Assembly: GCF_009914755.1 (NCBI RefSeq)
Contig: NC_060930.1
Length of the DNA: 64,000 nt
From: the human T2T-CHM13v2.0 reference genome, Homo sapiens
Direction: 5' to 3' (one strand)
In this document: piece by piece, positions 44,955-57,414 of the stretch
Position numbering within the stretch: position 1 is the first letter of the stretch
How the letters are laid out: each line of letters opens with the position of its first letter
The notes under the pieces: model-generated
Databases searched by the model: none
What the model was told of the DNA's origin: nothing
Seen by the model: only the letters and a program-made list of their open reading frames with translations
Translations under genes and position numbers: made by a program

Positions 44955-45037
44955 TCCTCACTAGATAGATAGATGATAAATAGATAGATAGAGATATGTC
45001 CTCACTAGATAGATAGATGATAGATAGATACAGATAT
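44955..45037. repeat. (GATA)n compound repeat with a duplicated CCTCACTAGATAGATAGATGATA unit
   Basis: Directly visible. Confidence 0.85.
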
Positions 45038-45169
45038 AGCAAACAAAACAATGTTAATAATAGTTGGTTGAGCATTGCTATATACCAAACATGGGGTACA
45101 AAGAGGAAGAGGGAGAGGAAAAGAGAAGTGTGCAGACACCAGCAAATATTGAGCCCTGGTGGAGTACCA

Positions 45170-45340
45170 GATGCATTTCTAGGTGCTTATATACATTATT
45201 TAAATTTTGTAACTAACATGTGCAATAAGTATCATTATCCCCATTTTAAAGATTATGTCTGAGATTCAAGAGGTAAAGTAATTTCACAAAATTACTCAGT
45301 AAATTTTAAAGACATGATTCACCACCAACTCTGCTTGTGT
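45170..45340. mobile_element. MIR
   Basis: ATTATCCCCATTTTAAAGAT...AGAGGTAAAGTAATTT core. Confidence 0.7.
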
Positions 45341-46071
45341 AAAACAGGTGAATGAGTTCAGTTGAGAACCTTTACAGACGACTGAAGTATTAGAAAATAG
45401 AACCTGGGAGTATGTGAAATGGAAGGCTTGTCTGACACTAGTAGCCAATAGAAGTTGACCTAGATTGTGGTAATTTTTAATGATCTAATTGAAATATTAA
45501 TCATCTAAATCAAAATTGGCAGGCAAGTCCTCAAAAGGTACCAGCTCACAATTATTTTTTGACCTACCCCTTCACTAAAAAGACCATAATACGAAAGAAA
45601 TCAAATGAATACTCTCATTCTTTGTACATACTTTCTGGTACATACATTCCATGGTATACTGAGTTGGATTGCTCATCTTGCCCTCCTAAATTGCACAAAT
45701 TTTAATTTTTAGATTTTTATGGTCCTGTACATCGCTAATTAGATAGTAGTTACACAAGAAAGGTGTTGCATTCATATAAAAATACTCTTATGTATTTATT
45801 TCTTTAACATGGCTTATGTAGCTAATACTCCTCATTGACTAGGAACACACAATCCTTCATTCCATCAGACTAAAATTATTGTGAAGTGTCTATGAGCACC
45901 TTAAGGTTAGTGTATCTTCTTATCTGTGCCTTCTCCTTGGTGATAGTTGTATTCATTATTCTTTTCCTCTGCTTCACTGACTGGCCCACTTTTACAGCAT
46001 AGTTGCTTTGAGCCCTTCGAATGTGAAGCAGAGAGAAGTCCAGGTAATGTTGCATTTCTCTATCTCTGCAG

Positions 46072-46290
46072 GTGATTGTCTGGGGAGACTATGGCAGAAT
46101 GGACCACAAATGCTTTATGGGTGTGGCTCAGATCTTGTTGGAAGAACTCGACCTGTCCAGCATGGTGATCGGATGGTACAAATTGTTCCCACCGTCCTCA
46201 CTGGTGGATCCCACACTCACTCCCCTCACCCGGCGGGCTTCCCAGTCATCTCTGGAAAGTTCAACTGGGCCTCCCTGTATTCGATCATAG
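46072..46290 (+). CDS. RIMS1: RIMS1 last coding exon: VIVWGDYGRMDHKCFMGVAQILLEELDLSSMVIGWYKLFPPSSLVDPTLTPLTRRASQSSLESSTGPPCIRS*
   Basis: TCTCTGCAG acceptor; equals ORF 46072..46290; TAG stop at 46288-46290. End of C2B plus RRAS (PKA consensus), recognised as the RIM1 C-terminus. Confidence 0.98.
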   Translation: MIVWGDYGRMDHKCFMGVAQILLEELDLSSMVIGWYKLFPPSSLVDPTLTPLTRRASQSSLESSTGPPCIRS

Positions 46291-46559
46291 TGAACTCATA
46301 CCAGAGTCATTCCAATAAAACTCTACTTTTCAGGATAATAATCTGAACCAGATATTTCATGATCGAAAGCATTGTTGGAGACAGACAATCAACTTGTGTT
46401 TTGCCTGTAGTAGTTTTTCAATAATATGTCCCAATTGTTATTTAAAACATGGCTTCATATGACAGAACAAGGCAATCTATCAAATTTACAGGAAGAATCA
46501 ACATGCTGGTGAGAGTCACTGATGCTTCTAACAAATAGAAAAAGAGGAAACTTTAAATC

Positions 46560-46600
46560 CACGCATACACGTACACACACACATGCACACACACACACAC
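46560..46600. repeat. Imperfect (CA)n in the 3' UTR
   Basis: Directly visible. Confidence 0.85.
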
Positions 46601-48359
46601 CAAATTGAACAAACTGGAAACTCTCACTCTGTGAAAAGTTGTATTCTACACATTTCTGCACAGACCACAAGCAGTGTTATTTCCCTGATGTTTGAGTTGT
46701 TTTGTTCTTTTGTGTGTTTTGTTTATTTGTGTGTTGTTTGTTGGTTTTCGTTTCTTGAGTTTTTGTTTTGTTTTCACCACATCTGTTATTTCCACTAGTT
46801 TTTTTTTGGCTGTGTCATGACAGGCCTCATGATGCTAACAGAGATTCTTCCCTTCTTTTTTCCAAAAGCACCAAAAAAAAGGGCTGAAGTAGTCTCTGTA
46901 GCATCTCCCCAAAGTGTTAAACAGCTACATAAGGTGAAGCCAAGGAAGGGTTTCACTAGCTTTCATTTTATAATTATTTAAAGTCTTATGTGTGGATACC
47001 CAAGAGACAAAAAGTTATCTTCCAAAATAAATAATCACAGAAGTACTTTTTTAATGAAGAGCCTATCTGTTTGCATTCTAGAAAATTAATTTATGGTTTC
47101 CATTGTTTTGCATGGAAGACTTTTAAAGAAGTCAATCTGCAACTAATGCTGGGGACTAAAACTAACTGCATAATTGTACTTTGAAAACACTCCTTGTAAT
47201 GCCTTTTTCTTCCTGATATTAAAAAAATGCTCATGTGTATAAACCATACTTTGACTTCCCAAAAATGGTGACTAGGAATGGATTTGAGCCTAAGACACTT
47301 TGAGCTATGCCCAGGCTTCTCAGCCATACCTCAGTGTAGACACATCCATCTGCCCTGGAAAGAGCATGGTATGAGCTGTTCAATATTCCACTGGAAATTC
47401 CAGTTGAAATATTCTGCACTAAACTATTGTTTTTATTGAATTTTAGTTTACATTTCTTTGAGATTGATGCAAGCACAAAGCTTGATTTTTTAATGCAAAG
47501 TATCTTACTTTTTGGGGGGAAAATAAACAAAATGAACTTTCAATTTGCATTTTCATTTAGTTTCTCTTGGCCTTGAATTTCCCTTGTGACATTCTGTACA
47601 TGTGCTACAAACTGCAGTCTCTGCAGGTGCATTGATATGTTCTCCCTCCTTTTATGAGTCACTCCACTTTTGTGATTACACAAATAGAGCAGCATGACTT
47701 GGAACTGTTCAGAGCTGCATGCACATTTTGTAAAAAAAAAAAATTTTAAAAAGAAAAGAAACAAAAGGTTATTTAATAATGTATGTTAGTTCCACATAGG
47801 CCAGCTTGTATGTTGCATGTACTTGTACAGTTTGCTTGTTAATTACTATACCGAAATAACCAAGAAATCTAAGCCATCCACTTTTGTTATAGACATTTTG
47901 CAGGTTTTAGCCAGACTCAGTCTCTGGGTCTGTGGTGAAATGTCTATAGATGGACTTTATTTTTTACCCTCCGGAAAACGTGATGTAGTACGGACCAAAT
48001 TCCTTCTAATAAATATTTTGGTGTAGATTCCTACTGTGGGGCTGTAACACATGTAGACACTGTGTACACACTAGGTTTTAATTCATAGACATACTGCCTG
48101 CACCAAGTGAATTATTTATTATTATTTACACATGCCAGAATTATCTGCCCATCATTCCACAGGGCACAGATTGACCACTGCTCACCATGCTGAGTAGGAG
48201 GAACTGAAGCATTGGTGCACTTCTACTAGATTCCGTTCTGTCTTAGTGGCCAACAATCAACTGATTATAATTGGGTAGTATCTTTCTATTTTGACCACTT
48301 GTCTTAACACTCCCCTGTGCTTTTAAATGAAATTCCAATTCATGTATGTAAACATGTTT

Positions 48360-48365
48360 AATAAA
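48360..48365 (+). terminator. Candidate polyadenylation signal AATAAA
   Basis: Preceded by TGTA motifs (CATGTATGTAAAC) and followed by GT-rich sequence (TATGTGTTCTATGTCTT). Confidence 0.6.
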
Positions 48366-48697
48366 ATTTACTTTTCATGTCAGTCAGTAGCCATATGTGT
48401 TCTATGTCTTGCCAGATTTCCATTGTGGGTTCTATGGTGCAAAATGGGAGCCAGGCCATGGGAAGGGGAGGCTGGGGTTTGTTGTCTGCTGCGGGCATTT
48501 GACTTGACTTGTCACTGCACTATATTATGTCTTAATCGATGGCCCAAAGGGTACTTTGCATCACATACAAGTTTTCACTTCGTCAGCCTGTCTAAGTGAG
48601 CACATGACTATACTTCTGAAAAGTGGCATTATTAAAAATAATAAATCTCAGTAAGAATCAAATGGAAGGTTGTTTTCTGCTGCTGTTTGAATGTGCT

Positions 48698-48703
48698 AAT
48701 AAA
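48698..48703 (+). terminator. Candidate distal polyadenylation signal AATAAA
   Basis: Canonical hexamer near the end of the UTR-like block, with T-rich sequence downstream. Confidence 0.55.
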
Positions 48704-49836
48704 AGAGACAACTCTATTGTCCAATTGCCAAATTATTTCAAGTTACGTGACATATCAAAAAATTGATTCCTGCGTCTCTCGTCATAGTATATTTCCTCTT
48801 TCCATCTTTTTCTTCTGAACCCATGACTAATTTATATAACTTTGGTTTAGAGGAGACCAATTTAACAAAAAATAAGCACTACATTTACACTGAATTATCT
48901 TTAATAGAATCTTAGATAATAAAAGTATCTTCAAATATAGATAGATATCCAAAATAATATATTCAAAGAGACATTATTAACTTTTTAGGTTATTTTATTA
49001 TTTTTTCTTACCTGAAAGTGTGCTCATGTATTTAATAATCATCGCCTCTCATGAAACACTTGGTAAGCACTACTTTCATCTTGCATTGTAGTAAAATAAC
49101 TTTTGTGATCTAGTCTTGTCTTTCTAAGAGCTCTTAACTTTTTATAGACCACGCTGGCTTTAACTTGTAAAGCAAAGTAAACACAGTTACATCAACATAA
49201 AATTTGAGGCAATAAAGAGTTTGGAGACATGAATGCATCAGTTATTTATAGTTTTTAAACAGTTGACTGAATTTTACCCTATTAAATCATCCATTTGTTT
49301 GGTCTACAAGACACAAGATTATCTGTTAGGCTGGGTCAGTAAGAGGCAAAAACAACTGGTCAGTTCAATTTAAAACAGTCAGATTTAAAGCTGTTTGATG
49401 CGCGTGCATTAAGAAAGCTCAGAGCTGGGTGAGGCCAGGAGAAAAGTCTGCCACTGAAACAGGTGATGAGAGTGGGCTTCAGAATTATTGTCTAGACAGA
49501 AGGAGAAGAGCAGTAATCTTGCTTCAAACCATATAAAGCTACCCGGTGTTGGGATTTCAGAGCCTACAGTCATGGGAGGAAGGAACCTGAGGAAAGGCAA
49601 TTTTGCTAAGTCTTCATGGTTTCTTGCTGACTCTGACAACTTATTTCTTGAAATCCCAGCCCCATATGTATCCCAGATAATATATTATCTGATTATACTT
49701 AACCAACATTATTAAGAATTTTGTTAAGTACTAGGTATTAAGTACTTAGAATATAAAGTAGCCCTGTATTAAAGTAGCTCCCTGTGTATTGAAAGAGATC
49801 ATTATATATATATAAAGAAATAATTATGATAGCATA

Positions 49837-50014
49837 CAGTAAATCCTCAATGTCATTAAGTTCTGAGAAACTGTGACTTTAAGTAAAATGACATATTAAA
49901 AAAACTTTTTTTTTTCCTCTGTCAATGTTATCGAGGACCTGCTGTACATTGTTTCACTTAAAATCACAGTTTCCAAGATCAGGTGATTAAGTTAGTCCAA
50001 GTTAGGACTTACTG
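49837..50014. mobile_element. MER6B-like palindromic Tigger MITE
   Basis: TA-CAGTAAATCCT...AGGACTTACTG-TA ends; internal inverted arms GAAACTGTGACTTTAAGTAAAA / TTTCACTTAAAATCACAGTTTC. Confidence 0.8.
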
Positions 50015-50423
50015 TATTTGATTTGTATACAAAGGCTATGGGATTATATTTACTCCCTCACAACAGTCCTATGAGGTAAGTATAGGACCCCTATTTCTCA
50101 TAGGAGGCTCTGTAGCTTAGACAAGTGAAGCAACAAGCTAAGGTCACATATGCTGAGAGATGAACCAAAGTCTGACCAACTCGGGATCCTGCCATGCTAA
50201 GTGCTCTTTGTCCTCTACTAACTGCTGACAGTTAAGCTACATATTAAAGAATGAAGAGTTCACGAGGTGAGAAAAAATCCTAAGCTATTTCTCTGTGACG
50301 AGGCAGCTCCTGGCCAGCTTGGTCTCCCACAAGTTGCCTGAACGACTCTGCCTTACGATGGGGGTGGGGGATAGGAAAAGGAGGCAGGTGGGCTCTTCTC
50401 CATTCCCTGAAACCTCTTTGTAA

Positions 50424-50425
50424 GC

Positions 50426-50456
<31 letters not shown>

Positions 50457-50503
50457 TCTCTCTTCCTCCCTCTCCCTCTCCCTGCTCTCTCTCCCCCCTC
50501 CCC
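50424..50503. repeat. (CT)n / polypyrimidine tract
   Basis: About 80 nt of almost pure pyrimidine. Confidence 0.9.
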
Positions 50504-50698
50504 TGACCACTCACCATTTGCACTATCAAACTTCATGAATACATAATATGCAGACTTCAGGAACAGTTTGAGTAAAGGAGATAGAACAAAGAATTATTCT
50601 TTAAATTTTCAAAAGTAGTTTTGTCTACCCTGCCTCCTCCGATTACCCCACCTGCTGCTCATTAATAACCCCAGTCTAGGTTGTCAGACCCAATAAAA

Positions 50699-51164
50699 CA
50701 GGGGTCTCCAATCCCTGGGCCACGGACTGGTACTGGTCTGTGGCCTGTTAGGAACTGGGCCACACAGCCAGAGGTGAGCCAGGCAAGTGAGCTCTGCCTC
50801 CTGTCAGTTGGCAGCAGCAATAGATTCTCATAGGTGTGTGAACCCTGTTATGAACTGTACATGGGAGGGGTCTAGGTAGCGTGCTCCTTATGAGATTCTA
50901 ATGCCTGATGATCTGTCACTGTCTCCCATCACCCCTAGATGGGACCATCTAGTTGCAGGAAAACAAGCTCAGGGCTTCACTGATTCTACATTATGGTGAG
51001 TTATATAATTATTTCATTACATATTATAATGTCATAATAGAAATAAAGTGCACAATAAATGTAACGCACTTGAATCATCCTGAAGCCATTCTCCCCCTGG
51101 GTCTATGGAAAAAACTGTCTTCCACAAAACCAGCCGCTGGTGCCAAAAAGGTTGGTGACTGCTG
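50699..51164. mobile_element. MER1A, inverted relative to the copy at 20210
   Basis: CAGGGGTCTCCAATCCC...GGTGCCAAAAAGGTTGGTGACTGCTG. ORFs 50953+ and 20164- share the pseudo-peptide LILHYGELYNYF. Confidence 0.85.
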
Positions 51165-53167
51165 CTCTATAGCTCTTACCACAGAACTCCTTTAATTAAA
51201 GTATATACCTATCTTATCACATACTTGGTGGTCAATTGGTTTTTGTAAATGTAAATGTATTAGTTGGATTAAAAAAACCCACAATTGTCCCATCATCCCA
51301 GCAGAATCTCCTTTGGATCATCTTGATCCATGCCTAATGCTGAACAAATATCTCTGACCAGAAAAATGAAATACCTTGATAGACAGGCTTGTGTCAAGAG
51401 TCCAGCCCTGGATCTAGGAAATCCAGGCAGTTGCACCCAAACCACATAGAAAAGTTAGGGTAGTTCTCCCAAGGCAATATGGATGCTACTAGAAAAAAGA
51501 GAATGCTTCTGCCTTAGAGAAGGACATGTTGGGAAAGTTGTGTCTGCTCTAGATCCATTTTTTCTCTTCTCTCAAGACCTAGGAAAGGTGGGACAAAAAT
51601 TCTCAAGATTGGCCACATCCAACCACACTCACTCTGATGACACTCATCTTCTCCTCTCTTCCAAATTATGGAGCCACTCATCTGGTGCCTTAAATATTTC
51701 TAAGACTCCAGACTGACATTTTGAGGAATATGGCATTATAATTATATCTATAGCACGCAGGAAGACATACGGCTAACATAAAATACACTAAAACATATCT
51801 GTTAAATGGAATAATAATAACACCTACCTCATACAATTATTTTGAGGATTAAAGTAAATAGTAAATATTACATTTTTAGGACAAAACCTGAATTCATAGT
51901 AAGTGGCTTAATAAATGTTAGCACCTATAACCATTATGCATAAACCTAACTTTGTGAAGTCTAAGTTAACCTTGTGAAGACTTCATATGAACACAAAACT
52001 CTTGGACAAATCTGGCCTTCATTTCCTGATCATTTATCTGATCCACCACCACTGATACAATGTCCCTTTCCAGTACTGGTAGATAAAAACAGAGGAGGAT
52101 TTGTCGTCTGTTCAGGTGATAGGAGTGCTAATTTCAATAGCCCATATCACATAATGCTGTCTTCAGGCCATTCTGTGCATCTTTGTCTTCAGGCCATTCT
52201 GTGCATCTTCAGTAGGGCTGGTTGTTCCTTCCTTTTCTAGACCAACCTTTGCATTTAGTGAGCACCACCTCTTAGAAGCAGACAGAGAACACCCTCTCTG
52301 ACCCAGCCCAACAGAACGAGTCTAGCTTTAGAAAATGTGCTTTCTAACCACCATTTTCAGTGCCATTTCCTGGATGATTTCATTAGCAAGCCTCACAATC
52401 TTTCTGTTCCAGAAATTCTCAGCCTCTCAAGGTTCTCTAACTGCCTTCTGCAATGCAAGGTTCCCAACCTATTCTCTACCTGCAAATCTGCTCCCATATC
52501 ACTGAATTCTCCCCAATTTCTCCAGGAGCAGAGGAACTGAGTCGTTTCACTGAAATTACCACCTTTTTCTTTCTCCTTTCTGTATAGTCAGTCTAGGTTC
52601 TCTCTTCAGATGCTGGATCATCTCTTTCATCCTCCTTTGCATGTACTTTAATTCTATCACTCCTTTCCCTATTTATGTCCCGCAACATGCAACTGCGGCT
52701 TTTCTGATTATGTGTGTTATCTTATCTATTCATTCCTCTGCATTTTCCAAGTTCTATCAATACATAAAATCATCAGAAACCACACGCCTACATCACTCTA
52801 GCTTGTTCCTGCCATCATGTTCACTCCACCCTAAATTCATGTTTTTTCCTAATGTTTTGCCTTTGGTTTTCATTGAGTGTTTATTAAAGATGCTTCTTGC
52901 ATTGGCTATGCGTTTCTGTCAACTATTTTTTCCAGTATGTCACTGAATACTTTTTGCAAATATTTTTGTATGATTGTTTTACATTTTATTATTTAGTGTC
53001 TGCAAAAAGAATTTTTTTCTACTGAGTGGTTGTGTTTTCTTCTACTATAGAGTTCTTTTTTAAGACAAAATATACTATTCTTTATTTTTATCATAGAACA
53101 GGCATTTTCAGTCTGTTAAAAAGTATGGAATGGGATCAAGTGTAATTTTAGAGGCTTCTCATGTTTC

Positions 53168-53707
53168 TTTTTTTATTCCAACTTTTATTACAAGTTAAAG
53201 GGTACATGTGCAGGTTTATTACATGGATAAACTGCATGACACTGAGGCTTGAGGTGTCAGCAATCTCATTACCCAGGCTGTAAACATAGCACCCAACAAA
53301 TGGCTTTTCAGCCCATGGCCCCTCCCTCCCCTCACTAGTGATCTCAGTGTCTATTGTTCCCATCTTTATGTTCATGTGTATTCAGTGTTTAGTTCCCACT
53401 TATAAGCGAGAACATGCAGTATTTGGTTTTCTGTTCTTGCCTTAGGTCACTTAGGATAATGGCTTCCAGCTCCATCCATATTGCTGCAAAGAGCATGATT
53501 TCATTCTGTTTTATGGCTGCATAGTATTCCATCATGGTGTATATGTACCACATTTTCTTTATCCAATCCACTGCTGTTGGGCACTTAGGTTGATTCCATT
53601 GTCCTTGCTATTTTGAATAGTGCTGCAATGAACATATGGGTGGATGTGTCTGTTTTGATAGAATGAATTCTTTTCCCTTGGGTATATACCGAGGAGTGGG
53701 ATTGCTT
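53168..53707 (-). mobile_element. L1 (L1PB/older L1PA) 3' end
   Basis: The reverse ORF gives the L1 ORF2 tail DWIKKMWYIYT..EYYAAIK. Confidence 0.92.
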
Positions 53708-53719
53708 CTACCATAGGGC

Positions 53720-54490
53720 ACTTAACTTTTCATATGCTTTGGTTCCCTTTGGTGCCTGGTGATACCTATAGACTCCTTCTCAGAATAATGAAGTTAAACT
53801 CCTTTAAAAAGTACATAGGAGGAAAATGAAGCCAATTATATTGAAAGAGTTAAAAACATTTTAACAACAAATTTTTGGTCTGGCGTGGTGGCTCACACCT
53901 GTAATCCCAACACTTAGGGAGGCTGAAGCGCGCGGATACTTGAGCCCAGGAGTTTTGAGAGACCAGCCTGGGCAATATGGCAAAAACCCATCTCTACAAA
54001 AAAAATAAATAAATAAAAATTTTAAAAAAAGCCAGGCACGATGGCACACACCTGTAGTCCTAGCTACTTGAGAGGCTGAGGCTTGCAGATTGATTGAGCC
54101 TGGGAGGGAGAGGCTGCAGTGAGCCTTTGTCACACCACTGCACTCCAGTCTGAGTGACAGTGAGACCCTGTCTCAAAAAACAAAATAAAACAAAAATTTG
54201 TCATCTAGCAATACATATGACTTCTTTACTGAGGTATTAAAAGAAATCTAGTGACAGGTCCAATAACTACAGTGTTTTTGAAGCTGTGATGAGCATAAAT
54301 ACTAGTTGATATTATGAATATGTGTGATTCTGTACTGACAGCAAGGTCACAGGTACTACTATGCTATTGTGGTTTCTTACCTACAGTGATAAATGAAAGA
54401 AATTTTAAATTACAATTAGAGATTAGAAAAAAGAAAAGATGCACTTTTTTCTCTTTTAGTTCACAGACTTCCTGAACTCCTGCCTGGGAC
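53720..54490. mobile_element. Charlie4a-like hAT element interrupted by an Alu
   Basis: CCTTCTCAGAATAATG...CCAATTATATTGAAA...GTCACAGGTACT...GTTCACAGAC motifs. Confidence 0.7.
53877..54196 (+). mobile_element. AluJ
   Basis: Diverged dimeric Alu. Confidence 0.92.
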
Positions 54491-55055
54491 TATTGCAGGA
54501 ATAGTATAATAACCCATTATACGAGTTTAATTTACCCTGTCTCTCCAGGACTTTGTAAAACAATTATACTCTCACATCAATCATAAAAGAATTCACAGCT
54601 AGTATGTATTTTTTCTTTTTATGATTTATTCCAATAATGTTATTATGAAACAGCTTCTTGAAACTCTTTGTAAATCCCTTTGAAATAATTCAAGTTAAAA
54701 ATAATGACATAAACAAGTAGCTTAGTGTATGGCACAGGGACTGTACACAAACACAAGATGGTAGAATGAATGCACAACACAGAAACTGAGGACTCCACAT
54801 TGTTCTGGATCACTGCTGTTCAGTCTACAAAAACTCAATCTCCTTTTCATAAATCCCAAAGTTTCACCTCCAACTCCCAAAACAGCTAGTTATAATGCTA
54901 AAGGGATCCATAGCTATTTCTTCAGTTGAGAATCAAAATAAAGTCTATGATTTTGTTGCCCCTAGCCAGGATTTTCTTTCATGCTAGCTTGTATTCTAAA
55001 AACAACACTTTTGTTTTGTGTGGCTTCTGCTTTTCTTTGGTCTAATTTCACCATC

Positions 55056-55451
55056 TGACATAGTTTGGATGTCCCCTCCAAATCTCATGTTGAGATGTAA
55101 TCCCCAGTGTAGGAGGTGGGGCCTGCAGGGAGCTGCTTGGGTCATGGGGATGGATCCCTCCTGGCTTAGTGACGTCCCCACCACAAAGAGTGAGTTCTCA
55201 GGAGATCTGGTCCTTTAAAAGTGTGGGGCACCTCCCCCTGCCCTTGCTCCTGTTTTCCCCATACGAAGTACCAGCTCCCACTTTGCCTCCCACCATGAGT
55301 AAAAGCTCCCTGAGTCCTCCCAAGAAGCAAGCAGATGCCTGCACCATGCTGCCTGTACAGTCTGCCGAACCGTGAGCCAATTAAGTGTCTTTTCTTTATA
55401 AATTACCCAGTCTCAGGTATTTCTTTATAGGAATGCAAGAATGACCTAACA
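55056..55451 (+). mobile_element. MST (MaLR) solo LTR
   Basis: TGACATAGTTTGGATGTCCC...AAATTACCCAGTCTCAGGTATTTCTTTATAG. Confidence 0.9.
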
Positions 55452-56327
55452 CGGTATTATATCAAATATATTGTTTGATTTCTCAACCATGTACACTAAG
55501 GTGGAGACTTCTACACTGGAAGTATAATAATTGGGCTCAATAAAATTGCAAGTAACCAATATGAAGTGCTCTATGACACACAAATTAAAAAAAAAAACAC
55601 TCCTATTTGAAGGTTTTTTTTCTAAATCATAGCAACAGTAAATTTTAAAATTACAAATTAATTTTGACTTTATAAATCCACCACCTGTATTTCTGGCAGT
55701 TAAACTATTGGAGTCCCCTTTTCCTTGGGGTTTTCTTATCCTTCTGAAAGCAGCTACAGGCTGAAGTAAAAGTATTTTCCAAGATGTTCTTTTGTAAATG
55801 TGTAACCCCCCGATGACATAAAGCAAAGTGTGCATGTTGAGTTTGGAAGGGTTGGAGATTTGAGAGCTAGAAGGGTAACAGAGGGGAAAATGTCTAGAAA
55901 CAGTGGAGGGATAAAGGGCAACTTGGATCAATGGGGAATCCTGTCTCATTCCATAGTAGAGCAATAGCTCAACAATGGTCAGGCTATATCCTAAAGCCAG
56001 AGAAACAGTGGTCAGTCATGGTTCAATTTCACTTTTGTGCTCCAATGTTAGAACTAAGTTTTTCAAAAATTTATGACAGGTCACCAAGTTATAAAGGAAA
56101 TGGTTTATGAGAGCTGGTTCCTGTACTGTAAAACAATTTCCACTTACTCTCCTCTCTCTCCCTGAATTTCATCATCTCCCAAGTGCCCCCCACCCCCAGG
56201 CTCTCTGCTTTTTGATTCTTCCATTCTGAAGAGGAGAAGGCAGATCTTCCCCTGCATTCTCTGCCAAGGACTCACCCCCTGCTCACTCATCTGCGTTCTG
56301 CCACCACAACTTCATAGGCAGCTAAGA

Positions 56328-56640
56328 TCAGTGCTCAAATTTTAAAGTTGCAACCATTTACCTTGGGATCCTGTTAAAATACACATTCAATTTTAGAAGT
56401 CCAAGATGAGGCCTCAGATAATGCATCTCTAACACACTCCCAGGCAGGACCTATTATGTCATTTACGAGGTCTAGTACAAAATAAAAATCTGAGCCCGCA
56501 TGTTAAAAAATTCTTAAGATTTTCAAGATAGCAACAGCAGAGCATGAAGCCAAGAGCAGGCCTCCTGAGTGCGAGGGCTGGTGTGACTGCCCAGGACCCA
56601 GGCCTATGAAGCCGGTCCCACCTCCAAGTGATGCAGGGGT
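56328..56640. mobile_element. MER5A with a nested MER45A-like element (56445-56620)
   Basis: MER5A start CAGTGCTCAAA...TGCATCTCTAACA is interrupted by CAGGACC...TGAAGCCGGTCC. Confidence 0.65.
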
Positions 56641-57117
56641 TGGAGGAGCTCAGTTTGCACAGAAAGATTGAATGCCCAGGCCTGGAAAGCAGAGCCTTGT
56701 GACGGGCCACACTTTCCACTGGCCTTTCTATCTACTAAGTAAAACCAGCAAAAACACTCATGATTTTTCAGTCTAGATCTCTGATTCATCGATTAAAATT
56801 GATAAGTTGGTGACCCTAGAGTAATGCTCCAGAAATGCACTTCTTTTTCTTTAAAACACTCTTGATGAAAGCTTTCCAATTATAAAGAATTAAGAAACAT
56901 TCTTTGAGCCTTTCTTTAGACAATGATGGAAGAGGAAGGAGGCAGGACAAATGGGAAGGCCCCAGAACCTTCACTCTTGCTCTGAGCTTTGCTCTGTTTG
57001 ACGATTTTATTGGGGGTAGGTGAAGGGGGATGTTGATGCGGGTCAGTCAGGCAAATTTCACTTTTGTGAAAAGATAGATGGAGACTAAGAAAGATAGATT
57101 TTCTCCCTCTCTCTCTC

Positions 57118-57414
57118 TTTTTTTTTTTTTTTTTTTTTTTTTGAGACAATATCTCGCTCCGTCACCCAAGCTAGAATGCAGTGGTACAATCATGGCTTAC
57201 TGAAGCCCCAAACTTCTAGGCTCAGCCTCAGCCTCCTCGGTAGCCGGAACAAAAGGCATGCACCACCACACATGGCTAGTTTTTAAGTTTTTTTTAGAGA
57301 TGGGGGTCGGACTATGTGGGCCAGCCTGGTCTCAAACTCCTGGCCTCAAGCAGTCTTCCTGCCTTGCCCTCCCAAAGGGCTGCGATTACAGGTGTGAGGC
57401 ACCACACCAGGCCT
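57118..57414 (-). mobile_element. AluJ
   Basis: Poly-T plus a diverged reverse Alu. Confidence 0.92.

Larger units (their letters stand above)
46291..48725 (+). other. RIMS1: RIMS1 3' UTR (3' end approximate)
   Basis: AU-rich stretch without interspersed repeats after the stop codon. AATAAA at 46314, 47026, 47522, 48008, 48360 and 48698. Confidence 0.75.

Noticed and set aside
45998-46043. Micro-exon ending at CAG|GTAATG
   Set aside because: It would leave a 28-nt intron before the last exon, too short for the spliceosome.
46008-46346. 112-aa ORF overlapping the last exon
   Set aside because: Alternative frame of the real exon, with a non-ATG start in the intron and no homology I recognise.
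55446-55964. Longest ORF in the track (172 aa, minus strand)
   Set aside because: Non-ATG start, AT-rich and with no recognisable domain; most likely chance.
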